Source: Candidatus Baldrarchaeum yapensis
GTDB taxonomy: Archaea; Asgardarchaeota; Baldrarchaeia; Baldrarchaeales; Baldrarchaeaceae
Reading direction: 5' to 3'
Length of the DNA stretch: 23,418 nt
Assembly (NCBI GenBank): GCA_016840465.1
Contig: JAEOSH010000033.1
Location: forward strand, 1-23,418
The position numbers and the translations under genes are program-made. Below are positions 1 to 7,946 of the stretch, in pieces (the first letter of the stretch is position 1; every line of letters starts with the position of its first letter). The notes beneath the pieces were generated by a model. The model saw nothing but the letters and a program-made list of their open reading frames with translations, had not been told where the DNA came from and did no database searches.

Positions 1-64
1 CCGCCCGGTCATCAGCACGGGCACCACGATCGATGTTCCCAGCCGGGTTTATAAAAGTTGGGGT

Positions 65-114
65 TTCCATGATGGTTGAAAGTATCGGCAATATTCATCC
101 TAGTGAATAGTCCA
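65..114 (+). repeat. Left copy of a 50-bp inverted repeat (partner at 23369-23418)
   Basis: TTCCATGATGGTTGAAAGTATCGGCAATATTCATCCTAGTGAAT(A)GTCCA equals the reverse complement of 23369-23418 at 49/50 positions (mismatch 109 vs 23374). The partner is cut by the window end, so the true length may be greater. Confidence 0.95.
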
Positions 115-535
115 TATTTACGCTTGGGGAGGCATTTAAGATTATGCGAAGAGCAATATTCGAGATGACCATCAGCAACGTGGACACATCTCTCGTAGTA
201 AAGATCAAAAGAATAGTAGCCGCCCTACTTAAGGAAAAGAGCACAATAGGCGGAATACCGGATGATGTTATGCCGAACAGCCTGAAGATCGATCGCAAAC
301 GTTTTCTTTTCATATATGGCAAGTTCTGGACAAGACTTACAATCTAGGGGCCACCATAGTGCTCCTAGGGGGCTTGATTCTCGTGCAGAAGTTCGCAGGC
401 ATCATTCCCGGTGATGTATATTTTTACTCCGAGATTGCGTATGCACTTGCTTTTCTTTTCGGATTCTTTATGTCCCTATATGCAGCAGCTAAGAGAAGAT
501 CCACGAAGGCTCCCGAGGTTTCCACACTTATCTGA
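69..535 (+). pseudogene. Probable decayed gene for a small membrane protein with a C-terminal hydrophobic hairpin
   Basis: ATG at 69/72 is in frame with ORF 144-347 but interrupted by TAG at 108-110 (TGG in the other repeat copy). A one-base shift at about 342-346 continues into LGATIVLLGGLILVQKFAG...YALAFLFGFFMSLYAAAKRR, ending at TGA 533-535. No family recognised. Confidence 0.45.
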
Positions 536-1724
536 TACCGTCAGTATCACTTTCATATTTTTTGAAAAACGCGTAAAAGAGCAAGATTGCGGCCGTGTAA
601 TTTAGCGCGCAGATGTAAAAAGGCAACGCCAACGACACGTGCTCCATTAAGAACCCTCCTAGGCTTGGGGATATTGCGTTGGGGATATTCCACGCAGATC
701 CCACGATTCCAGATGCGGATCCCCGCTCCTCCGGCTCGGTCAGATTCATTAATAAAGCTGAGAGAAGCGGGTTCGACATGTTCATGAGCAGAGTCCTGAC
801 AATGTAAACTATAGCGACAATTGTTGGATCCGGCAACAGTGGGATCGTTGCGAGTAGCATTGTTGCAGTGCCCTGAGTAAGGACGATGCTGTTGACGAGA
901 CCGATTTTCCTTGCAAGCAAGGGAGCACAGAGGTAGCTTACGGATAGAGTTATGTTTGATACGAAGAAGACCACGCTAATGAGTCCAAGCCCCACGTCGA
1001 ATTTCAGCTTGTACCAAAGGTTAAAGAGCGGAATTATGAATCCGGCTCCGAACCCTATCAGAACGTTCACTACGACGAACTTTGATATAACATCCATAGA
1101 TTTCTGAGGTAGTAACTTTTCTCTGCGCTCTTTAAGCTTTCCTTCACTAACACTTGCCCCTAGAAGAGTTGCCGATGCAAATAGAAAAACCGTCATGACA
1201 AATAACGGTTTGTACGATTCCACTCTCCCAAATCCAAACGAATAGTAAAGAATATCTGGTAGGGCGCCAAGAAGCGTGCCTATACTTGTCAGAATTCCTG
1301 AAATGAAGGCAGAAAAGCTATACACCCTGTCCAATATGTCCCCTGGACTCTTATCAGCAATGAGGGCGCTCCAAGACGTGTAGTATATTCCGGATCCGAT
1401 GCCACCAATAAGAGACGCCGCCGAAATGAGCATAATATCCGTCGTTACAGCGAATATCAGGAATGAAAACGTGCAAAGTGCGCATCCGACCACCACCATC
1501 AACCGCTTTCCGTACTTGTCTGCGAGTATTCCGGAAATTATCCCTAAAATTGATGAGGATATCATGGAAAGCATTGCGAGTATTCCTATAAGCGTTGGTG
1601 TGAAGCCCAGATCGTAGAGATAGATATTTAGAAATACTGATGTACATCCGTACGAGAAAGAACCGAGTGCGGAGACCATGATCAAAATTTTGACCTCGGA
1701 AGGGATGCCGCTATATTGAGCCAT
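528..1724 (-). CDS. Major facilitator superfamily (MFS) transporter
   Basis: About 12 hydrophobic segments and MFS motif A (GILADKYGKR), repeated in the second half (PLLARKIG). The ORF is open to 1793, but ATG 1724 (MAQYSG) is the more likely start. Confidence 0.92.
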   Translation of the reverse strand: MAQYSGIPSEVKILIMVSALGSFSYGCTSVFLNIYLYDLGFTPTLIGILAMLSMISSSILGIISGILADKYGKRLMVVVGCALCTFSFLIFAVTTDIMLISAASLIGGIGSGIYYTSWSALIADKSPGDILDRVYSFSAFISGILTSIGTLLGALPDILYYSFGFGRVESYKPLFVMTVFLFASATLLGASVSEGKLKERREKLLPQKSMDVISKFVVVNVLIGFGAGFIIPLFNLWYKLKFDVGLGLISVVFFVSNITLSVSYLCAPLLARKIGLVNSIVLTQGTATMLLATIPLLPDPTIVAIVYIVRTLLMNMSNPLLSALLMNLTEPEERGSASGIVGSAWNIPNAISPSLGGFLMEHVSLALPFYICALNYTAAILLFYAFFKKYESDTDGIR

Positions 1725-2017
1725 GGCCAGCACTGCTCCGGAACGATGAGTTGTAAAGAAACGTCGATGGAATGTCTCGTGCGCTAATAACATGAGTTTT
1801 TAAAATTTGAGTGCATTACGTAACATTAAGGTTATCATCATTACCATTCCTATCGGCTTGTGACTAATTCGAAAAGAACCCGGCATTTTTCATAATCCTA
1901 TCCTATCCGCAAGTTTTAGGATAAAGTACGCGATTTGCATGTCTGTAGGCGCCGCACAGCAAGTGATCGAGAAATAATACCGAAAAAGCTAAAAACTTGG
2001 TGGTCGTAGAGGAGCAT

Positions 2018-2860
2018 ATGAAGATCGTGTTTTCAAAGAAATGCTTAGAGTACGGCGATCCACTTCACCCGGAGAACCCCGAAAGAGTCAGGTTAGCCTA
2101 CGAATATCTTAAGGACAGAAACTATGAGTTTATAGAGGCTAAGCCAGCATCAGAGGAAGATCTTCTGCTCGTGCATACACCCGCCCACATAGAGAGAATA
2201 AAGAGGGGCAACTTCTGGGATCCAGACACTCCGGCCTACAAGAACATTTACGAATATGCACTTCTGTCGGTAGGAGGAGCAATAATAGCCTCCAGAGAGC
2301 TGGCGTTTTCATTAATGCGCCCACCGGGTCATCATGCCGGTAGAGATGGGCTTGCGCTAGGCGCCCCCACCTTGGGATTCTGTTATTTCAACAATATTGC
2401 AATTGCTGTCAAGAAGTTGAGTAAGAAGACGCTAATACTTGATATCGATACACATCATGGCAATGGAACCCAGGAGATTTTCCAAGGATCCGAGGACGTC
2501 ATTTACGTCTCATTACACACTCGGGGAATATATCCCGGAACCGGGCTCTGGAGCGAGGGCAACTGCTACAATTACCCGCTTCCGTTTGGAACGACGGATG
2601 AATTGTACCTTAAAACCCTTGAAAAGGCCCTCAGCAGTATAGATTTGAGCGAGATAGAAATAGTTGCCGTATCGGCAGGTTTTGATACCCTCAGGGGAGA
2701 CCTTGGCGGAATGAAATTGAGCGTGGAGTGCTACAGGGAGATCGGAAGGAAGATAGGAGAACTAGGGCTCCCGGTTTTCGCAGTTCTCGAGGGAGGATAT
2801 ACAAGGAGGCTCGGCGAGTGCATAGATAATTTCATTCAGGGAATAGAAGAGGCAAGGTGA
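2018..2860 (+). CDS. Zn-dependent histone deacetylase-family protein (HDAC/AcuC/APAH-like amidohydrolase)
   Basis: Motifs RPPGHHA, GFCYFNN, DIDTHHGNGTQ, SAGFD and LEGGY are all present. ATG 2018 follows GAGGAG; the ORF track starts at TTG 1997. Confidence 0.93.
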   Translation: MKIVFSKKCLEYGDPLHPENPERVRLAYEYLKDRNYEFIEAKPASEEDLLLVHTPAHIERIKRGNFWDPDTPAYKNIYEYALLSVGGAIIASRELAFSLMRPPGHHAGRDGLALGAPTLGFCYFNNIAIAVKKLSKKTLILDIDTHHGNGTQEIFQGSEDVIYVSLHTRGIYPGTGLWSEGNCYNYPLPFGTTDELYLKTLEKALSSIDLSEIEIVAVSAGFDTLRGDLGGMKLSVECYREIGRKIGELGLPVFAVLEGGYTRRLGECIDNFIQGIEEAR

Positions 2861-2869
2861 CAGTAAGAC

Positions 2870-3502
2870 TCAAGATTTTCCCAGACACTCCTCAATTTTT
2901 CCTTTCAACTTTTTCAATCCCCTCATTTTCCGTAATATGTATGCATCCTCCTTAAACTCTTGCTCAATCCTCGCAATAAGATCATTAATATATTCGAAAA
3001 CATCGACGTTAAGCAGATTACGGAGATACTCCCAATCTATTTTATCGATATGAAGGTACATTAGGTGGAGTGCGTCTTCAACATCCTTCTGCGAGCCCAG
3101 TATTCGTAATTTTGTAGCAATCAACTCTTCAAGTGGCGATATGGCAATTTCTTCTCCTCTGATATTAATAAATCTGCGCCTTCTTATTGTGGAGATATCG
3201 ATATCCGAACTGGCTATTTTAAAATCAATGAATCTTCCACCCTCGAGTAGCACGGTAAAATGACTTCTTTCTTCAAAAGCCACCATAACATCGTTTTTAT
3301 CGATAGTATATCCTGCGGATGTCAGTTCATCGACGACTTCCATTAGAGCGTTTGCATCTTCCACCTCTAACAAGATGTCTATATCTAATGTAGTGCGCTG
3401 GACGCCCAACAGAATTGCAGCAATACCCCCCACAACAGCATACCTCATTCCTTTCTTGCTCAACACTCTGCAGACATTAATAAGATGATCTACCATGTTC
3501 AT
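2870..3502 (-). CDS. Nucleotidyltransferase-fold protein (DUF6036/AbiEii-like)
   Basis: YAVVGGIAAILLG...RTTLDIDI gives the GG and DxD NTase motifs; C-terminal KL...QKDVED helix. Confidence 0.75.
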   Translation of the reverse strand: MNMVDHLINVCRVLSKKGMRYAVVGGIAAILLGVQRTTLDIDILLEVEDANALMEVVDELTSAGYTIDKNDVMVAFEERSHFTVLLEGGRFIDFKIASSDIDISTIRRRRFINIRGEEIAISPLEELIATKLRILGSQKDVEDALHLMYLHIDKIDWEYLRNLLNVDVFEYINDLIARIEQEFKEDAYILRKMRGLKKLKGKIEECLGKS

Positions 3503-3705
3503 CGGTTCAAGCCTCCCCCGAGGATCTTCTTCCTGAAGATCTTCCTAATAATCTTTCGGAACATGGCTGACTCTACAATTTTCTGTGAAATCTGGTCTTT
3601 ATCATATCCGTAATATTTTGTGAGAACCTCTATTGCTATTTTTAGCAATTTATCGGCCTCTTCGAGTCTCCTGATCCCCTGCTCAATAAATTCTCTTTCA
3701 TCCAT
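3499..3705 (-). CDS. Small helical basic protein, putative partner or antitoxin of the downstream nucleotidyltransferase
   Basis: 68 aa from ATG 3705 (MDEREF), 11 nt after the radical SAM stop. Its stop overlaps the NTase start by 4 nt. The ORF-track start at 3756 overlaps the upstream gene and is unlikely. Confidence 0.6.
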   Translation of the reverse strand: MDEREFIEQGIRRLEEADKLLKIAIEVLTKYYGYDKDQISQKIVESAMFRKIIRKIFRKKILGGGLNR

Positions 3706-3716
3706 GAGAAGCACGC

Positions 3717-4532
3717 TCAGTAACAGAAATCGCACATGATACCATATTTTTGACATAGAAGGGAAATTTTCTTTTTCAGGTTTCCGAAGTACTCGCGGTC
3801 ATCTCCGAAGAGTATCCTTCTATACTTCTCAAGAAGGTGAGGGTAGTGGTCTCTCAGGGAGGAAGCGATAGTCTCCCAGTTGCCGTACTTAATTCTAAGC
3901 TTATCGACCATTATTTCCCTCACGCCAACATCCTTCATTGTTTTAACGAAATCCTCGAGATCGTGATCGCTGAGAAAGGGTAGCACCGGTCCGAAGAATA
4001 CATAGGTTGGTATGTTCTCGTCACTTAGAGTCTTTAATGCATCCAACCTCTTGCTTACTGGAGCCGCGCCTGGCTCGAACACCATTCTCACACGCTCATC
4101 AAGTGTCACGATCGTGAAGCCGACCTCGACCTCGTTGAATCGTTTAAGCACATCTACATCACGTACGACGAGTGATGATTTAGTCAATATCGATACAGGG
4201 AAATTCTTCCTTGCAAGAATCTCCAGAATTGTGCGCGTAATTCCATATTTTTCCTCAATTGGTTGATAAGGATCCGTCACGCTACTCAGCAACACGATCC
4301 CCCTCTTTGCGGACCTCAGGTCTTTCATTAGGACTCTTGGCGCGTTTATCTTCACATAAACGAAAGAGCCCCATTCGCTGGGGCCTCTGTTATGAAACTT
4401 TGCCATGAACCTCGCGTAACAGTATCGGCACCCGTGCATACACCCAACATAGGGGTTTATGGCATAATCTACTCCGTAAATCTTACTCCTACTCAGGACA
4501 GTCTTGCATGGGATCTCCTTCACTTCGACCAA
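3717..4532 (-). CDS. Radical SAM protein, spore photoproduct lyase (SplB)-like family
   Basis: INPYVGCMHGCRYCYAR carries CxxxCxxC; also SSVTDPYQPIE, ILTKS and FEPGA motifs typical of SplB-like proteins. Confidence 0.88.
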   Translation of the reverse strand: MVEVKEIPCKTVLSRSKIYGVDYAINPYVGCMHGCRYCYARFMAKFHNRGPSEWGSFVYVKINAPRVLMKDLRSAKRGIVLLSSVTDPYQPIEEKYGITRTILEILARKNFPVSILTKSSLVVRDVDVLKRFNEVEVGFTIVTLDERVRMVFEPGAAPVSKRLDALKTLSDENIPTYVFFGPVLPFLSDHDLEDFVKTMKDVGVREIMVDKLRIKYGNWETIASSLRDHYPHLLEKYRRILFGDDREYFGNLKKKISLLCQKYGIMCDFCY

Positions 4533-4544
4533 TAAGACCCACCG

Positions 4545-5270
4545 TCACCCCTTTCTAAGTCTCCTGTATGCCTCCATTGCCGCCGTGTAGGTCTCTCGCA
4601 TCTCCTCCTCCGATGTCACACCAACCGCCGCGCTGTCAACATACTTGTACACAAACTCAAACGCCTCCCCAGGTTTTAACTTTCCGGCGGCCAAGGGCTT
4701 TATCGCAATGATTTTCCTGGAGGACTTCGTGATCGCTTCTATAGTTTTCTCGAAAGATGGTTCCATTGCGTAACCGATTTTGTTGAGTGGTGCCAGTATG
4801 ACCTCGACCGGAGCGTTCTCCCGCTCTATCCACTCTATAGTGATGCCCGGCTCGTGCGTTGCAACGCCCGGCACCGCTCCGAAGTCCTCGATTATCTTCA
4901 CGGTCTTCGAAATTATCTCAAGGTCCCTGACATCTGCAACCTCGGCATGTATCGCGACGACCTCCGTCTCCACGAGTTTATTCAGCCACTCCAATCTTCT
5001 TTTCAGATCCAGCCCCACAAGATCAGTACTATATACAACAAATGGCTTCTCTCCGTACCTCTTAACCGCCTCGGCGAGCGCCTCCACAGTTTTAACTGCG
5101 AGAAGCTGTACTGCCTTTACTCCGAGTTCGAAACTCTTTATGAAGAGGCGGGTCATGTTCTCAGGTTGCTGATAAAACTGCCTGTAGTAAATGAACGCCT
5201 TGTAGCCAAATTGCCCCGCCCCTATGAAGGGACTCGTCCCCATGAGCAGAGTCGGGATCTTCACTTTCAT
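4545..5270 (-). CDS. Uncharacterised archaeal TIM-barrel protein, aldo/keto-reductase-like
   Basis: GTSPFIG, PGVATH, PLNKIG and AIKPLAAG resemble AKR-fold motifs. ATG 5270 follows AGGTGA; the ORF is open to 5303. Confidence 0.65.
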   Translation of the reverse strand: MKVKIPTLLMGTSPFIGAGQFGYKAFIYYRQFYQQPENMTRLFIKSFELGVKAVQLLAVKTVEALAEAVKRYGEKPFVVYSTDLVGLDLKRRLEWLNKLVETEVVAIHAEVADVRDLEIISKTVKIIEDFGAVPGVATHEPGITIEWIERENAPVEVILAPLNKIGYAMEPSFEKTIEAITKSSRKIIAIKPLAAGKLKPGEAFEFVYKYVDSAAVGVTSEEEMRETYTAAMEAYRRLRKG

Positions 5271-5330
5271 TGCATTCACCTTAACATCTGAACCTGCGCC
5301 CACGTATATATCTGCATTTATAACGGTGAA

Positions 5331-5810
5331 TTATATATCCGTCGCCTCAAGCTTAAGGAAGATCTCCTTAGGGTTTTGCGCTCTCGTTTTCAGGAACCAT
5401 AGGAGGAACGACGGCAATGGTACAAGGCGCTTTCAGGATCATACTCCTTCTTCGATAGCACTAGCACACCTCGGCGAGGCTCCACCCTTTCCCTCCACTT
5501 CACCTCTATCATTTCCCGATCCATCATAAAGTCAGTTTCCGAGTCTCTCTTGACAAAGTACACACTCCCCGCAGAGCTCAGCACGTTGAAAGTTACAAGT
5601 TCGGTCATCCTGCTCTCATCCACGACCTTTCTGCCAACAACGTATCTTTCCAGAATCCTGACGATAAAGGGATCCGTGAGGTAGACCTTCTTCTCCTTCC
5701 TCAGGAGAGGTACCATCTTGCCGGGCTCCGCCTAATATAAAAAGTCGAGGTACATGAGCATCCGCAAAGTTTCCAGAGTTGGAGAACTCGCCAGAAGCCC
5801 ATAATCTCCA
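5331..5810 (-). pseudogene. C-terminal remnant of an archaeal AAA+ ATPase (DUF4143-type with nuclease-like tail)
   Basis: ...SSPTLETLRMLMYLDFLY*AEPGKMVPLLRKEKKVYLTDP...ETDF...IEVKW. In-frame TAG at 5732-5734 and a frameshift near 5440 into KRLVPLPSFLLWFL, stop at 5331-5333. No Walker A region remains. Confidence 0.7.
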
Positions 5811-6113
5811 TCACAATTCGAATACGCAATAGAAAAGATACCAAATTTATCTCAATTGGTGACAGGAAGAGCAATGGATTGGGGAAACTCAGGAGGAATT
5901 TCTTTCCGAAACGTCCACAAAATCCCAGGTTCAATGATTCTGACACTAAAGTACCGAGACGTATTCGGAGAAGAGGTCTTCGCGATCAATGTAAATACTC
6001 TCTTTGCCTCACTCCGCTGGGATCTTGTGGGTGATACTAAGTGATATGATCCCCTGAAGTTCGACGTAATCGTCAAAATAACCATCTGCGAGAGGAGAAT
6101 TGAGGATTCTTAA
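5805..6113 (+). pseudogene. Possible gene remnant of unknown family
   Basis: ORF 5856-6044 continues in the same frame past TGA 6042-6044 (YDPLKFDVIVKITICERRIEDS*) and has no convincing start. It lies next to the ATPase remnant. Confidence 0.3.
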
Positions 6114-6517
6114 TGGGAATTTTCGAGAACAATTATTAATCCGGTGGATTTCCACTCTTTACTGTGCAAAATTGCTTATACGAACAAGATCGACAGGAAC
6201 ATCATCTTTGTGCATATAGACAGAAGATTGCTAAGAATGGTGTTTTTTGTCTAAGGGAGAAGATGGAAGAATCGGCCTGAAAGCTGATATATTTAAGATA
6301 GGCATCTGGTGTTCTTATATGCATGATTGGCCCCCGATGGGCCGCCGAGGGGAAAGCCTGTGCGGGTTCCCAAAATACCCTTAGTTTCCAAAAGAAAATG
6401 CACGGGCAACCACAACGAGAACACCGTAGATGAACAACAGTAAGAAAAAATAAAGGTAGTGTCGGGAAGCAGGTTACGAGCATGAGATCAAGAAGGAAAG
6501 GGTGAGAATTTACCTTA

Positions 6518-6748
6518 TTAGGTAGTTATTTCCTTAACTACGTCTTCTTTCAATGCTGCCATCAAATCTGGTGGAATGGACACATTTCTTCCCTCGTCCT
6601 TCCATAGTTCCCTTCTGAGGAGGTCGCGAATTGCGACTCGTATCGCCTCGCTCCTGTTAGGGTACAATTTCTTAACTTTGACGAGTATCTCGAGTCCCTC
6701 GAGGTAGGCGTCGGGGATCTTGACTGATATTAACTTCATCCCCATCAT
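6518..6748 (-). CDS. Ribbon-helix-helix (CopG/Arc/MetJ) transcription factor, CdrS-like
   Basis: MKLISVKIPDAYLEGLEILV...YPNRSEAIRVAIRDLL: alternating beta ribbon followed by the PNRSEAIR helix typical of archaeal CdrS-type RHH proteins. Confidence 0.85.
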   Translation of the reverse strand: MMGMKLISVKIPDAYLEGLEILVKVKKLYPNRSEAIRVAIRDLLRRELWKDEGRNVSIPPDLMAALKEDVVKEITT

Positions 6749-7127
6749 ATCACCCGGATAGCACTAAGAACGTACGCTAATAAATATTATGCAATGATGA
6801 CGTATACACCGATTAGATGGCGCCATATGTGAGGTTGTAGTACGTTATAATAACTTGTGCGACTATGATTAATTTCATAATGTAACAAAAACCTAAGTTT
6901 TGTCGTTTCTCGATGATGCAAGACATTTGTCAACGAATAATATTCGAATTTCAGAGAATTCTTTTTGAATTTTTCCGTTCATGGTCACCTCTCTGATTAA
7001 CATCACAATTATACTACAATATTATAAGGAGAGTTGGCCCGTGGTGTGATGCATCAACCACTACATGTCAATGATATCTCAAAAAGAAGTCATTCAAAGT
7101 TCAGTGAATGACCATAGGTGCACTACA

Positions 7128-7186
7128 CGTGTCAGCGCCGAGCCTTCTTCATCCGACTGTCTGCTCCTACGTGGCTCATCATCCGA
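7128..7186 (-). ncRNA. Box C/D methylation guide sRNA
   Basis: The minus strand reads ATGATGA (C, 7182-7176), GCCACGTAGGAG (12-nt guide), CAGA (D', 7163-7160), 7-nt spacer, ATGAAGA (C', 7152-7146), AGGCTCGGCG (10-nt guide), CTGA (D, 7135-7132). This is canonical archaeal order and spacing in an intergenic position. Exact ends are approximate. Confidence 0.8.
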
Positions 7187-7198
7187 GTTACTGTCTCT

Positions 7199-7714
7199 TC
7201 ATTTGAATTTATACGATATGACCATAGTGGCTACTGTTGCAACGGTTAGAGCTATCAGGGCAGTCATCATGGGATCAAATAAGTTGGCACACGTTCCAGT
7301 AAATAAGATTAATGGAAGGAAAAAGATGCAATTTCCGGCCATTGCAGCGAGGTATATGTGGCTACGGCGCAACCCCATTAGCGTCATCACGGGGACAGCT
7401 ATGTAGAGCCAGACCACTGTTGAAAACATTACCATGGCGAGCAGTGTTCCGTGACGACCGAGCATCTTCTCGAGTTTCACCCGCTGTTTCTCAAAGAATT
7501 CCCTTAACCTCTTTACTTTCATTGCTATCAGGTAAAAGGGAATATGAGCCGCTGTTATTGCCACGATGAGAGATAAGAACCACAACATGAGGACCTGTAT
7601 CAGGTTCAGCGGCCCCGTAACCGCAATCGAGATAGCGGATAGTGTTATTACCGAGAATTGAGTCATTAGCATCAAGAAGAGTATCGCAACCATAAGTCCA
7701 TCCATTAAGAACAT
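7199..7714 (-). CDS. Small integral membrane protein (about 4 TM segments; small multidrug export/VTT-like)
   Basis: Four hydrophobic segments around a basic loop (KVKRLREFFEKQRVKLEKMLGRHG). GGAGG precedes the second ATG. Family call is tentative. Confidence 0.7.
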   Translation of the reverse strand: MFLMDGLMVAILFLMLMTQFSVITLSAISIAVTGPLNLIQVLMLWFLSLIVAITAAHIPFYLIAMKVKRLREFFEKQRVKLEKMLGRHGTLLAMVMFSTVVWLYIAVPVMTLMGLRRSHIYLAAMAGNCIFFLPLILFTGTCANLFDPMMTALIALTVATVATMVISYKFK

Positions 7715-7946
7715 CCTCCATGCCTTCAGATATTCTCTTAGAATGTGATGTTCTATTTAACTGGTTGTATGGCTCGAAAAATATCCACGTGCCATATGTA
7801 TGTTTCTTACAGATTTTCCGTAGTCTCCGGCAATTATCGATGCACGCGGTGCCCGAGTGTCGGAACTGTGAATTTAAGAGACCCCGGACCGAAGGTTTTT
7901 AATCCTAGCGATTCAACATACAAACAAATCATAGTGGTGAGATATT

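Noticed and set aside
63-82. GTTTCCATGATGGTTGAAAG resembles the ends of archaeal CRISPR repeats
   Set aside because: Only 20 nt, two copies 23 kb apart in inverted orientation, no spacer array and no cas genes.
3717-4532. Radical SAM protein as the activase of the glycyl radical enzyme
   Set aside because: Its motifs are SplB-like (NPYxGCxHxCxYCYA, TDPYQP), not the GCPLRCxWCxNPE type of GRE activases.
5856-6044. WGNSGGI as an AbrB/MazE antitoxin start
   Set aside because: The rest of the AbrB pattern (IP...LGL..GD.V) is absent, so it is treated as an unassigned remnant.
6202-6483. 93-aa minus-strand ORF
   Set aside because: Low-complexity T-rich composition, no SD and no recognisable motif; more likely terminator or intergenic sequence.
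6794-6850. ATGATGA as the C box of another sRNA
   Set aside because: No CTGA D box at a suitable distance. The same applies to ATGATGA near 13034 and on the minus strand near 1840.
7065-7902. ORFs 7065-7406, 7312-7569, 7491-7721 and 7720-7902
   Set aside because: They are shadows of the membrane gene, the C/D sRNA and the promoter gap, with no motifs.
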